DNA of 64,000 nt from Squalus acanthias (Eukaryota), in the NCBI GenBank assembly GCA_030390025.1, contig CM059432.1, forward strand, positions 60,948,001 to 61,012,000, written 5' to 3'. Of this stretch, positions 1 through 13,593 are shown piece by piece. Each line of letters begins with the position of its first letter. Position 1 is the first letter of the stretch. Below the pieces are notes generated by a model. The model was not told where the DNA came from and made no database searches. It was given only the letters and a program-made list of their open reading frames with translations. A program made the translations under genes and the position numbers.

Positions 1-190
1 AAGGAGAAGTTGTTCAATGTAAGAACAAGTTCAACCAGGCAGAGGATGGTGTTGGTGAATAGTGATTGGTTGGGTCTCCATTCAAGGAAGAAGCAGAGGG
101 CCCGCAGGCTGTCCTAACGGGGGATTGATGTGTAGAGGGACTGGACGTCTATGGTGAAAAGGAGATGGTTAGGGCCAGGAAACTGGAAAG
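1..190 (-). mobile_element. Penelope-like element reverse-transcriptase fragment
   Basis: Minus strand reads FQFPGPNHLLFTIDVQSLYTSIPR*DSLRALCFFLEWRPNQS...LVELVLTLNNFS, containing the Penelope RT motif DVxSLYTSIP. Confidence 0.8.
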
Positions 191-241
191 GATTTTCTAA
201 CCTTTTCCAGTTCTGAAGAAAAGTCATCGATCTGAAACATT

Positions 242-1006
242 GGGCTGGATTTTCTCAGCCCCGAGGAGGCAGACATGGAGGCAGAACTGCCGGTAAAGTA
301 GCAGAAAGTGGGGGCGGATGGCAAAACTGCCCCCATCCTGCCTCCGTGCCCTTTTGCCAGGAGGTGGGAAGATGTGCTGCTTCGGGTCCCATCTCCTGGA
401 GTCGGGAAAGGGATTAAATCCTTTTAACTGCCTGTTAACAGGGAGTTAACAGGCAGAAAAAAGGATTAGTGCCATTTTACCTTCTCAGGTGAAGGCTTCC
501 CGACCTCGGAGAACCCCGCCAGGTTGGAGGAGACGTGAAGGAGGTCTGCGGGGGTCGGAGGCACCTGAAAGTAAGATGTAGAGGTAAGTGATGGGTGCAA
601 GTGTGGAGTGGTAAGTATGGAAGATGAGTGCTAAGTGTTAAAAAATGTTCACTTACCTTGTCCTCCGACCCAACAGCCATCTGAAATCTACAAAGTTGAA
701 AGGTTTGATGAGTCCTGAACACAAGGACTCATCAAACTACAGAGAATGTCAGTGTTTGACAGCTTCACAGAGCTGTCAAACACTGACATTTCTTCTTTCA
801 AGAAGTCTTGACAGATAGCACGTCAGACGTTGACATGCTCTGTCAGTGACTTCCTCCTAATTGGCCTGCTGAGCCCGCAGGGTGGGCTTAACAAGGTCAA
901 TCAGGGGAAAATCCCTCTGGTTGGCCAGAAGATGATGGAGGTGGGACATTGACCCGACAACCAGCAGTCCCGCCTCCAACTCGTCTCCATTGAGAAAATT
1001 CAGCCC
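242..1006. mobile_element. PIF/Harbinger-type MITE
   Basis: TIRs GGGCTGGATTTTCTCA / TGAGAAAATTCAGCCC and 3-bp TSD ATT (239-241, 1007-1009). Confidence 0.85.
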
Positions 1007-1050
1007 ATTAACTCTGTTCTCTCTCCACAGATGCTGCCTGATCTGCTGAG

Positions 1051-1179
1051 CAATGTTCCCTTTAATTTTCTTTGGGGTGCATGGCCCTTTTAGTGGGCTT
1101 GCACGGTTTTTCCAATGTGAAGCCGGCAAGTGGCCTGCGCGGAACCTCCAGAGTGCTGTGTGGCTTAACAGGAACATTG
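1051..1179. mobile_element. 129-bp hAT-type MITE
   Basis: TIRs CAATGTTCC / GGAACATTG and 8-bp TSD CTGCTGAG (1043-1050, 1180-1187). Confidence 0.85.
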
Positions 1180-1682
1180 CTGCTGAGTATTTCCAGTATT
1201 TTCTGTTTTTATTTCAGATTTCCAGCATCCGCAGTCCGAATCCCACCATTTCTGCTGAAGGCCTGCTGCAGCCAATCTCAGCCTCCCCCTCCAGGCCTAA
1301 AAATGACCAATTACCCTGACCCAGAAAAATCGTCCAAGGTTATAGCACATCTGTGTGGCAGGTAGAACCCACATCCTGCTGAAGATCTGCTGGGATTCTA
1401 CAAAACTGGAAAATCACGACACTTAGTTCTTCATGGATTTTGGAACTATTTTTGTGTTTTTTCTCCTGCCAAATACCTTGCTGCAATTTGCTGTGGGACT
1501 ATCATTCCTCTCCTCCCCTTCAGACAGAGCACAATGGTTTTCCCATTGGGAATTCCTGTTAAGTTTGCTTCCTGGAAGAGGAGGAGGAGCAATGGAGGGA
1601 GGCCGGAATGGTGAGGCTGCACTGGAGTCACATGTACCTACCCCCACATCTGAGGATACAGGCGGAGGTGCTGTTAACTGCA

Positions 1683-1759
1683 TTTGCCTGAGGAGCAGGA
1701 GCACCCTTTGCCTGAGGAGCAGGAGCACCCTTTGCCTGAGGAGCAGGAGCACCCTTTGC
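1683..1759 (+). repeat. 24-bp tandem repeat, about 3.2 copies (TTTGCCTGAGGAGCAGGAGCACCC)
   Basis: Three perfect copies are visible. They explain the repetitive ORFs in the track. Confidence 0.95.
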
Positions 1760-2127
1760 TGACTGCAAGACACATTCAGGAAACCATCTATGGCATAAAT
1801 AATCCTGTATATCTTGCTCCCTTAAACCATTAACATGCCATCGCCTATTAACATTTCCAATGTACTCCAAATCACACAGCTCCTATTCATCTCAACAGAT
1901 ATGAGTAACTTCCAAACCTTGCAAAGAACAACAATTTCAGTGAAACCAAAAGTTTAATGTAATTTTTTTTCACCCCCTTAGTTTGGTGTCCATTATTTTT
2001 GATTACGCGTCTTTGAAGCACCTTGGGATGTTTTTCTACGTTAAAGGCACAATATACAAAATGTTGCTGTTGTTTTACTGTGTTTCACCTTGTTTCACCT
2101 TGGTGCCAGTGTATAATATCTGACTTA

Positions 2128-2455
2128 AGAACATAAGAATTAGGAGCAGGAGTAGGCCATATGGCCCCTCGAGCCTGCTCCGCCATTCAATAAGATCATG
2201 GCTGATCTTCGACCTCAACTTTACTTTCCCACCCGATCGTCATATCCCTTGATTCCCCTAGAGTCCAAAAATCTATCTATCTCAGCCCTGAATATACTCA
2301 ACGACTCAGCATCCACAGCCCTTTCAGGTAGAGAATTCCAAAGATTCAGAACCCTCTGAATGAAGAAATTCCTCCTCATCTCAGTCTTAAATGGCTGCCC
2401 CCTTATCCTGAGACTATGCCCCCTAGTTCTAGACTCTCCAGCCAAGGGAAACAAC
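2128..2455 (-). mobile_element. CR1 LINE 3' fragment
   Basis: ORF2 C-terminus (RRNFFIQRVLNLWNSLP) followed by the CR1 3' UTR and microsatellite tail. Confidence 0.9.
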
Positions 2456-2699
2456 CTTACACCTTCTTACACCTAACCTTGTGCTTCCCTGAGGAACTAC
2501 CTAAAGTATACGTGAGGTGGTTGATTGCTATGGTAGTTGAGGAGCCTTTTGGGACTGAGGTAGCCCTCATCTTATGGTAACTAAATTCTGAGTTGGAACT
2601 ATTTCAGGCTACATTTCTTCTGTAAAAGCTTGAGCAGCCTGACCAATTACACAGCTATGTCAAAGTTCATTAAATAGTCAGCAATTCACCAATCTCTTC

Positions 2700-3720
2700 A
2701 TCATTGTCGGAAGAAAAGGGGCATAGATAAGGGAGTGGCTGGCAACTGGAAGGGGCATACCCATCAGAAGTCAGCCTGGAGGAGCTGGTACTCTATACTG
2801 TGAGCTGCAACTCTGACGAGCCTCTTGGAGTTGGGCACGGAGGTGTCCAACCTATATCTGCACTCTAGAACCGATTCTTGCATTTTTCTCTTCCCTCAAG
2901 GATTCTATCATTCATTCAGACATTCTACAAACAGCGATCTTATCTGGCACCAGCATATTATATTGTGGCATGTTAGCTACTGAAATGTGTTACAGGGACT
3001 GTCTTACATATTGCAATGTATGCTTTTCCTCATTGTATTTGCATAGGAATGGCTGAGGATAAGATGCTCATAGGCCCTGAGGCTGAGGGCCCATCCACTT
3101 CACATGGCACAGCGTCACTTACTCTACCTGCAGCAAGCATCAGCAAAGGAATATCCACTATAGTGAAAGATGTAGAATTAGAGTTAGAGCAGGGAGCACT
3201 CAGTGAGCACTCACAGCGCGAGTGAGGAAAAACAAGTGTAGGTGGCAGCAGAAGAACAGGAAGAGTTAGCCAGAAGGTCAGCTCCAGGTCACCCTTAGAT
3301 GCTGAGTTTGGGGAACTAGTACCACCCAGGAGCCTGCCTACCAAGGAAGCCTGCTTTCTGAGCGTGATCAATTCTTACATTCCTTTCAGAGTGTGCAAAG
3401 AACCCTGCAAAGTACTATGGCTAGTATGGAAGAGTCCACCACTCGTACCTGTGCAATGATGTTTGAGCACTTCATGGAACTGCAGTTCACCCAGTACGTG
3501 GTACTTCTGGGGATATCTCCAGGGGAGAGGAGGTCCTAAGTACAGCTGTGAGCTCTCTCAAGAGTGGCATAACTGATGCTATAGAGATCTTGAGCTCTAA
3601 TATCCACAACTCAATTTGCTAGATTCCCCATACTGGGGGATTGTCTGGATAGGACCCTGATACGGGGCTTCAGTGGCTTCATAGCAATCCTGTGGTCTTC
3701 CCCCACATACAGAGCCAGAG
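2700..3720 (+). pseudogene. Decayed Harbinger Myb/SANT-like gene (exon 2/3 remnants)
   Basis: ORF 3016-3225 (GPSTSHGTASLTL...SEHSQRE) resembles exon 3 of the Harbinger accessory genes at 17.2 kb and 26.6 kb. Confidence 0.4.
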
Positions 3721-3769
3721 TAAGATTATAGTCTTTTTGCTTATTAATACTTTATATATGTAGACAATC

Positions 3770-4563
3770 ATAATTACATAGGATATACAGCACAAAAACA
3801 GGCCATTCGGCCCAACCAGTCCATGCCAGCGTTTATGCTCCACTCGAGCCTCCTTCTGTCTTTCCTCATCTAAATCTATCAGCGTAACCCTCTAGTCCCT
3901 TCTCCCACATTAGCTTATCTAACCGATCCTTAAATGCATCAACACTATTTGCTTCAACTACTCCCTGTGGTAGTGAGTTCCACATTCTCACCACTCTCTG
4001 GGTAAAGAAGTTTCTTCTGAATTCCCTATTGGATTTCTTGGTGACTATCTTATATTGATGGCCTCTAGTTTTGCTCTTCCCCATAAGTGGAAACACTCTC
4101 TGTATCCACTCTATCAAAATTTTTCATAATTTTAAAGACCTCTATTAGGTCACCCCTCAGCCTTCTCTTTTCAAGAGAAAAGAGACCCAGCCTATTTATC
4201 CTTTCCTGATAGGTATACCCTCACATTTCTGGTATCAGCCTTGTAAATCTTCTTTGCACCCTCTCCAGTGCCTCTATATCCTTTTTATAATATGGCGACC
4301 AGAATTGTACGCAGTACTCCAAGTGTGGTCTAACCAAGGTTCGATACAGGTTTAGCATAACTTCCCTACTTCTCAATTCTATCCCTCTAGAAATATACCC
4401 TAGTGCTTGGTTTGCTTTGTTTATGGCCTTGTTAACCTGTGTCGATTCTTTTGTTGATTTGTGTATTTGTACTCTGAGATCCCTTTGCTCCTCCACCCCA
4501 TTTAGATTCGTATTTTTCAAGTACTATGTGACCTCCCTATTTTTCTTACCAAATTGTAATACC
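3770..4563 (-). mobile_element. CR1 LINE 3' fragment
   Basis: LVRPHLEYCVQFWSPY and RNFFTQRVVRMWNSLP motifs, plus the 3' tail. Confidence 0.92.
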
Positions 4564-4834
4564 TTAATTATTAGCTTAAAGGGTAGATGGAAAAATAATG
4601 GCTAACTTGACTAAATAAAGAGCAAACATTTATCACAATATACATATAACTGAACAATGGTGAATTGAAATATTGCAGCAGGACCTTGGAAAATGGCTGG
4701 GAACTGTTCAAGTGTAGCAACTAGATTGATAAGGTAGCAAAGCAGACAGATAGGAAAGGGGCCTGCGTGTCAACCAAGGTTCTTGGAATAGCTTAACTGC
4801 TGTGAAAAAAGTACAAGAAAAGGAAGTACTGCAG

Positions 4835-7133
4835 AAACATAGAAACATAGAAGATAGGAGCAGGAGTAGGCTATTCGGCCCCTCGAGCCTGCTCTGCCAC
4901 TTAATGAGATCATGGCTGATCATCCAAATTCAGTACCCTGTCCCTGCTTTCTCCCCATATCCCTTGATCCCTTTAGCCTTAAGAAATATATCTAACTCCT
5001 TCTTGAATATATTTAATGAATTGGTCTCAACTGCCTTCTGTGGTAGAGAATTCCACAGGTTCACCACTCTCTGGGTGAAGAAATTCCTCCTAATTTCTGT
5101 CCTAAATGGCTTACCCCTTATCCTTAGACTGTGACCCCTGGTTCTGGACTCCCCCGCCATCGGGAACATCCTTCCTGCATCTAGTCTGTCTAGTCCTGTT
5201 AGAATTTTATAAGTTTCAATGAGATCCCCTCTCATTCTTCTAAACTCCAGCGAATATAAGCCCAATCGACCCAATCTCTCCTCATACGTCATTCCTGCCA
5301 TCCCAGGTATCAGTCTGGTGAATCTTCGCTGCACTCCCTCCATGGCAAGAACATCCTTCCTCAGATAAGGCGACCAAAACTGCACACAATACTCAAGGTG
5401 TGGTCTCACCAAGGCCCTGTACAACTGCAGCAAGACATCCTTGCTCCTGTACTCGAATCCTCTCGCTATGAAAGCCAACATACCATTTGCCTTCTTAACC
5501 GCCTGCTGCACCTGCATGCTTACCTTCAGCGACTGGTGCACAAGGACACCCAGGTCTCATTGCACTTCCCCTTCTCCCAATCTATTGCCGTTCAGATAAT
5601 AATCTGCCTTCCTGTTTTTGCCACCAAAGTGGATAACCTCGCATTTATCCACATTATACTGCATCTGCCATGCATCTGTCAAATCACCCAACCTGTCCAA
5701 ATCATACTGGAGTTTCTCTGCATCCTCCTCACAGCACACACTCCCACCCAGCTTTGTGTCATCTGCAAACTTGGAGATATTACATCTAGTCCCCTCATCT
5801 AGATCATTAATATATATGGTGAATAGCTGGGGTCCTAGCACCGATCCCTGCGCGACCCCACTAGTCACTGCCTGCCACTCGGAAAAAGACCCGTTTATTC
5901 CAACTCTTTGCTTCCTGTCTGCCAACCAGTTCTCTATCCAAGTCAGTACCTTACCCCCAATCCCATGTGCTTTAACTTTGCACGCTAATCTCTTATGCGG
6001 GACCTTATCGAAAGCCTTCTGAAAGTCCAAATTCACCACATCCACTGGTTCTCCCTTATCTATTCTACCAGTTACATCCTCAAAAAATTCCAGTAGATTA
6101 GTCAAGCACGATTTACCTTTTGTAAATCCATGTTGACTTTGTCTGATCCTGTCACTATTTTCCAAGTGCTCTGCTATTACATCTTTTATAATGGACTCTA
6201 GCATTTTCCCCACTACCGATGTCAGGCTTACCCTATAATTCCCCGTTTTCTCTCTACCACCTTTTTTAAATAGTGGGGTTACATTAGCTACCCTCCAATC
6301 CATGGGAACTGTGCCAGAGTCTATAGAATTTTGGAAGATGACCAGCAATGCATCTACTATTTCTCGGGCCACTTCCTTAAGTACCCTAGGATGTAGATTA
6401 TCAGGCCCTGGGGATTTATCGGCCTTCAATCCCGTCAATTTCCCTAACACCATTTCCCTACAAATACTGATTTCATTCGGTTCCTCCCTCTCATTAGACC
6501 CTATGTTACCCGACATCTCTGGGAGGTTATTTGTGTCCTCCTTTGTGAAGACAGAACCAAAGTATGTATTTAATTGGTCAGCCATTTCTTTGTTCCCCAT
6601 TATAAATTCCCCTGATTCTGACTGCAAGGGACCTACACTTGACTTCACCAATCTTTTTCTCTTCACATATCTATAGAAGCTTTTACAGTCAGTTTTATGT
6701 TCCCTGCAAGCTTACTCTCATACTCTATTTTCCCCCTCTTAATTAATCCTTTTGTCCTCCTTTGCTGAATCCTAAACTGCTCCCAATCCTCAGGTTTGCT
6801 GCTTTTTCTGGCCAATTTATATGTCCTCTCCTTGGATCTTATGCTATCCCTAATTTCCCTTGTTAGCCACCTTTTTTGTTTTATTTTTATGCCAGACAGG
6901 GATGAACAAATCCATGCGATCTTTAAATGTTTGCCATTGCCTATCCACCATCAACCCTTTAAGTAACGTTCCCCAATCCATCCTAGCCAACTCGCACCTC
7001 ATACCATCGTAGTTTCCTTTATTTAAATTCAGGACCCTAGTCTCTGAGTCAACTACTTCACTCTCCATCTTAATGAAGAATTCTATCATATTATGATCGC
7101 TCCTCCCCAAGGGGCCTCGCACAACAAGATTTC
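4835..7133 (-). mobile_element. CR1 LINE, 5'-truncated (RT domain)
   Basis: ORFs 4930-5541 and 5557-6666 contain KSPGPD, QHGF, LDFQKAFDKV, QGSVLGP and FADDTK. Confidence 0.95.
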
Positions 7134-7525
7134 TAAAAGAAGGTCAGAAGACATGAGAGACCCTATAGAGAAAGAAAGGAAGGTTAAGTGTCAACCGGTG
7201 ATAGGTCCAGGGAAGCTCCATAGGTTTTGATTTGAAAGTAACGGTATAAGAAGGGGACCCCAGCAGTGCTTCAGGGTAGAAGATTGGAGCCGAGTTCGGT
7301 AAATTCAGAAACTCAGAGGTGGAGACAGACCAGAGAGGGCACGAGCCAGAGGGTGCAGACAATTCTTTCTTTTACCCAAAGCATAACGGAGTAGTATAAC
7401 TATTCATTATACCTTGTAAACTGCTGCTTAAGATATAGTAATTCTATTGATCCTTACTTGTGCTGAATAAAGTTTAAATCACTGCTACCAAAAGTCGAAT
7501 CATTTGGAATAATAGAAGTACCTTA

Positions 7526-9975
7526 AAGGTAAATCATTGTCAGAGCAGTGGGAGGCATTCAAGGAGGAGATAGTGAGGGTTCAGAGCAAATATGTTCCCA
7601 CAAAGAAAAAGGGTGGGACTCCCAAATCTAGAGCCCCCTGGATAGCAAGGGGTATACAGGGTAGGATAAGGCAAAAAAGGGAAGCTTCCATCAGATGCCG
7701 AGGGCCAAATATTGCAGAAAGCCTAGAGGAGTAATAGAAAGTGCAGGGGTGAAATTAAAAAGGAAATTAGGAAAGCAAAGAGAGGGCATGAAAAATATTG
7801 GCAAGTAAAATCAAGGAAAACCCAAATATGTTTTAGAAATACATAAAGAGCAAGAGGATAACTAAAGAAAGAGTAGGGCCTATTAGAGACCAAAAAGGTA
7901 ACCCGTGTGTTGAGGCGAAAGATGTGGGTATGGTTCTTAATGAATACTTTGCGTCTGTCTTCACAAAATAGAGGGACGATGCAGACATTGTAGTTAAGGA
8001 GGAGGAGTGTGAAATATTAGATGAGATAAACATTGTGAGAGAGGAATTACAGGTAACTCTCGTTTGAACAGCACCTAAATATCCGGAATTCTCTAATAAC
8101 CGGCAAAATTCATACTCCGAAAACAACACCTCAATAACCGGAAATGTTGCCGAGTCCGAGTCCGAGTCTCCCGCGGTGGCTGAGTTAGTCAGTGGAGGTA
8201 GTTCTCCAAACCGCCACTACTTGGCATCTTGGCGCTGTCGGAAGTCTCTATAGGTGAGTACCCAATTATACTGCACATTTCTTGATTTTTTAAATTTTGT
8301 TTGTTTAAAAATAGCCTCGGTCGATATACCTCTCCATTATCCGGAGTTTTTAATCAACCGGCACCATCCCGGTCCCATCGGTGCCGGATACGAAAAAGTT
8401 TCCTGTATTAAGGGTTTAGCATCTTTAAAAGTCAATAAATTGCCAGGCCGGATGAAATGTATCCCAGGCTGTTAAGAGAAGGAAGGGAGGAAATAATGGA
8501 GGCTCTGACCATCATTTTCCAATCCTCTCTGGCTACAGGTGTGGTGCCGGAGGACTGCTAACATTGTACCATATTTTAAAAAGGAAGAAAGGGATAGACC
8601 AGACAGCCTAACCTCAGTGGTGGGCAATTATTGGAAAAAATTCTGAGGGACAACATTAATCGGCATTTAGAAAGGCATGGATTAATCAAGGATGGACTTG
8701 TCAAGGGAAGGCCATGTCTGACTAACTTGATTGAATTTTTTGAGGAGGTAACAAGGAGGGTTGATGAGGGTAGAACGTTTGATGTAGTCTTTTGACAAGG
8801 TCCCACAGGGCAGACTGGTCAGAAAAATAAAAGCCCATGGGATTCAAGGCAAAGTGGCAAGTTGGATCCAAAATTGGTTCAGTGGCAGGAAGCAAAGGGT
8901 AAACGAGTGTTTGTTTCCAGTGGGGTTCTGCAGGGCTCAGTACTATGTCCCTTGCTTTTTGTGGTATATATCAATGATTTAGACATCAATGTAGGCGGCA
9001 TGATTAAGAAGTTTGCAGATGATACAAAAATTGGCCGTGTGGTTGACAGTGAGGAAGAAAGTTGTAGACTGCAGGAAGATATTAAAGGACTGGTCAAGCA
9101 GGCTGAAAAGTGGCAAATGGAATTCAATCCGGAGAAATGTGAGGTAATGCATTGGGGAGGGCTAACAAGGCAAGGGAATACACAATAAATGGTAGGATAT
9201 TGAGAAGTGTAGAGGAACAGAGGGACCTTGGAGTGCATGTCCACAGATCCCTGAAGGTAGCAGGGCAGGTAGATAAGGTAGTTAAGAAGGCATACGGGAT
9301 ACTTTCCTTTATTAGCCGAGGCATGGAATAAAAGAGCAGGGAGATTATGTTTGAACTGTATAAAACACTAGTTTGGCCACAGCTAGAGTACTGCGTACAG
9401 TTTTGGTCACCATATTACAGGAAAGATGTGATTGCACTAGAGAGGGTACAGAGGATGTTGTTAGGACTGGAGAATTTTAGCTATGAGGAACGGCACGAAC
9501 TTGATGGGCCGAATGGCCTCCTTCTGTGCCGTTATGACTCTATGAAAGATTGGATAGACTGGGGTTGTTTTCTTTGGAACAGAGGAGGCTGAGGGGAGAC
9601 TTAATTGAGGTGTATAAAATTATGAGGGGCCTAGATAGAGTGGATAGGCACCTATTTCCCCTAGCAGAAAGGTCAATAACCAGGGGACATAGATTTAAAG
9701 TAATTGGTAGAAGGATTAGAGGGGAGTTGAGGAGAACTTTTTTCACCCAGAGGGTGGTGGGGGTCCTGAACTCACTGCCTGAAAGGGTGGTAGAGGCATA
9801 AACCCTCACTGCATTTAAAAAGTACTTGGATATGCACTTGAAGTGCTGTAACCTACAAGGCTACAGACCAAGAGCTGGAAAGTGGGATTAGGCTGGATAG
9901 CTGTTGTTCGGCCGGCATGAAGACACGAAGGGCAGAATGACATCCTGCTGTGCCAAAAATTTCTATGATTCTATG
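7526..9975 (+). mobile_element. CR1 LINE, degenerate, interrupted by a MITE
   Basis: QGSVLCP, KFADDTK, LEYCVQFWSPY and FFTQRVV motifs, ending in a TTCTATGA tail. Confidence 0.92.
8050..8405. mobile_element. Tc1/mariner (pogo/Tigger-like) MITE inserted in CR1
   Basis: TA target duplication, imperfect TIRs CAGGTAACTCTCGT / ACGAAAAAGTTTCCTG, and CR1 sequence continuing across the insertion. Confidence 0.75.
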
Positions 9976-11424
9976 AAGTCCCAAAAATGGGGATTCTCAC
10001 AATGGTGAGGGAGTGTCCAGCAGTAGGAGCATGGCAGGAGGAGGCACAGATTAATTAGTGGAGCTATTTCTCAAGGTCACTCACCATTCATGCCACCCAG
10101 CTGCTCTCGATGACCCATGCAGTACCAGAAAGCAAGTAAGCCCAGAGAGCAACGACAGTAGTAGAGGTGGTTGTAGGGATCTCCTTTTACCCTGCAGAAG
10201 GAGATATCAAGCTATTTCATCCTCGGAAGCCTTTGGCAGCATGCAGTCACCAGTCACCTTACTTCCTTCTCCCACTAAGATAGCACCAGATGGAGCACTA
10301 GAATAATTTGTAAGTGACCCTCATTATACATTGTCACAAAGGGGAAGCACCAGGCAGAGTAACAAGTGTAATCAAATCTCACCTCGATTTAAACAATTAC
10401 AGAACCCTCTTGCAGAACGTGAAAAATAACACACTATTCCTATTAGTGGGTCACTTCACTTTCCTGGTCAGCTTTTTGATTCTGACTGGCTCTGGGATTG
10501 AGAAGAGCCAGTCTCCACTTGCTAGGCCAGGCTTCCTCCCCAGACCTAGCTAGCTAAGTGACTACTCATGTGTCACTTTGTTCTTTTCTCACTGTATTCC
10601 CAGCTAGTGGGAAGGCTGTCCCTCTGACTACTTTCCCATTCAGTGATTAACCAGCAGGTCTGTGAATAAAACCAATTACCTCTCCTCCCCAGAGAAATTG
10701 TGTGGACTGAAGAAAAGTGCCAAGGCAAGGTTGTCTATCGTCTTTTAACTTAATTAAATTTATACCTGTAGTTTGCATTGCCACAAGCACTGTACCCCCA
10801 ACATAGTGAAGCATCAGCAATGGAGCTTGGAATACATTGTCGCAACCCCTCACATCTTGCACGTTCAAATTGTATCTTATACTTTGAAGCTGCCACTCAG
10901 ATAAGCTTTAGCATGTTGTACCACTATGTCAAAATGCCACCTACAACTACTTCTACACTGTATAGTCCATCCGTTCACACAAAGGGAATAAAGGCTGGTT
11001 ACTGGGGGCACCTTATTTTCAAAGGAGAAGTTTGCCCAGAACCATAGAGAAAGGACCCGGAATGGTGGCGGCAGCCAACCTGCACCATTGCACCCACGAT
11101 GAAGAGGCAGCTCTGAAGATATTGGGGATGGAGGCCACAGAGGGTGTGTGTGAGGGAGAGCTTGGTGGCTTTGTAGTAACACAATAAGTCAGGTGTTCTC
11201 TTCAGTTTCTTCTTGCTAGCACTTCAAACCCATTGAGTAACATGCAGGCGCATCGGCCCATCAGCAGCATAGCACTGTATTGGCCTTAGTGCTGTGTGCA
11301 AAGCCTTTTTTCGAATGCCCCATGCTAACGTACATTTCTTTTCTCTTTCTGTAGGGGCCTCCCAAATGGTGTAACTGACCAGAGATGAACAGGAAACTGG
11401 CTCATCATAACAGCATCCATTAAC

Positions 11425-12210
11425 AACAACAACAACTTGCATTTATATAGCACCTTTAACATAGTAAAATGGGCCAAGACGCTTCATAGGAGCGTTATCA
11501 AACAATATTTGACACCGAGCCACATAAGGAGATATTAGAGCAGAGGTAGGTTTTAAAGGAGCATCTTAAAGGAGGAAAGAGAGGTAGAGAGGCAGAGAGG
11601 TTTAAGGAGGGAATTCAAGAGCTTAGGGCCTAGGCAACTTAAGGCCTCCAATGGTGACACGATTAAAAATTGGGGATACGCAAGAGGCCAGAATTGGAGA
11701 AGTGCAGATATCTCCGAGGGTTGCAGGGCTCAAGGAGATTACAGAGTTAAGGAGGGGTGAGGCCATGGTGGGATTTGAAAACAAGAATGAGAATTTTAAA
11801 ATTGAGGCGTTGCTCAACCGGGAACCAATGTAGGTCAGCGAGCACAGGGGTGATGGGTGAACGGGACTTGGTGCGAGTTAAGACACAGGCAGCAGAGTTT
11901 TGGATGAGCTTAGGTTTATGGAGGGTGGAAGATGGGAGTCCAGCCAGGTGTGCATTGGACAGTCAAGTCTAGAGGTAACAAAGGCATGGATTAGGATTTC
12001 AGCAGCAGATGAGCTGAGGCAGGGGTGGAGGCAGACGATGTTACGGAGGTGGAAGTAGGTGGTCTTAGTGATAGCGTGGATATGTGGTCGGATGCTCATC
12101 TCAGGGTCAAATATGACACCAAGTTTGCGAACAGTCTGGTTCAGCCTCAGGCAGTTGCCAGGGAGAGAGATGGAGTCAGTGGCTAGGGAACAGAGTTTGT
12201 GGCGGTTCAG
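11425..12210 (-). mobile_element. L2 LINE 3' fragment
   Basis: ITKTTYFHLRNI...AEILIHAFVTSRLD motif and the L2 tail (ATATAAATGCAAGTTGTTG). Confidence 0.9.
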
Positions 12211-13593
12211 TACACAGGCACCAGTTTAGAAACATCCATCTTGAGGATAGAGGGGGTAAGTTTTCCAGTTCTTGTGCCTGGGTTTATTGGATCACCTGAG
12301 TGCCATCCATAGAGGAAAATTGGACTGAGAGGATCACACACCCATAAGGGATCCCAACTGATTTTCCGTCCATTTGTTTAGATGGGCAGATGATCAAGCA
12401 GGCATCCTTCTGCTTGCCCGATTTTCCTCTATGTGCTGCGCCAGGCTGATTCAATGTGCCTAGGTGCAGGTACAGGAAAATCTGCCCCATAGAGTTAGGA
12501 GGATGCACCTGGTCAGCACCCAGCACTAGTGAGAAGGTGCAGTGGAGGTGGCAGCAGAGGAGCAACCACAACCTGGAGTGAGAGCTAGGCCAGACATTCC
12601 TCTTCTGCAAATGAACATTGAAGCATATATACAGGATGCTGGAGTAGAGAAATAAACTGGTTGCACCTTCTTTCAAAATTTATTCTTGGAAGGTAAATAG
12701 CGATATTGCATCTGGTGGGATATAGGCAAGGATAGTAGCAGAAGCACTGCTGACAAGTCAGAGCATATTGCTTATAGGTTCAGTATGCAATGTTTAATTT
12801 TTTGTAAAAACTAACACACTTGTGAACTGACCTGGGAGAACTTAATGCTGATGCCTGGTGCTTGAAATGGGAAGCGTTCCCCAGCACTAATGTCCCTCAC
12901 CATGATGAGCAATTTAAAAAAAAAATCTAATACATAGAGTAAATATGGCCCACAGGAAATAATTATTCCAATGTCTGTTTATCTATTATTTGGGTTTACA
13001 TGATTTCAATAACCATTTAAGCATTGTTCTTGAGGTACACAATCTCATCAGGAAACCTCAATTGGTTCACAGCCTGGATCAAAATCTGCACCTACATTTC
13101 CTGGAGGGGAGTGTATTACTGTGGGAAGACATTCCATATCAGAGAAATAGAAAGTCTACCTCTCTAGATTTCTCGGTACCTTTGTTTAGATACTCTTAAG
13201 CATGATGATAGGGTTCTGTGCTTGTGAGACATCTGAGGAACAAAAAAGCATTGCAATCACTACCACTTACTGTATCCATTATTCTGTAAAAATCACGAGC
13301 CTTATTTCCCAATATCACTCGACGAATTTGGACTGATTACTTTACGATTGTTAATTTTTCACTGGGAAAGTCAACTATTACTTGGAGAATTCTCATGATA
13401 TTGAACAGCAGCGTAAAAAACAATGAAATAATTCTGTTCCCAGATACCATACAGCATATATATGTTTATCTGTCTCTAATATAGTGCACACTTCTGTGAG
13501 CATCACACTTACTTAATTTCACACTTTAGCCATAACAATTCAGATATCATACGTCAGATGTCACATTTTAATGCAGCTTCTGACTTACTGTGA

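Larger units (their letters stand above)
195..1236 (+). mobile_element. Penelope pseudo-LTR, inverted relative to the adjacent RT fragment and split by two MITEs
   Basis: After removing the MITEs at 242-1006 and 1051-1179, the sequence matches the reverse complement of about 54455-54565, which sits next to a Penelope ORF C-terminus. Confidence 0.7.

Noticed and set aside
1683..1759. 24-bp repeats as a CRISPR-like array or repeat protein
   Set aside because: Head-to-tail copies with no spacers, in a eukaryotic intron.
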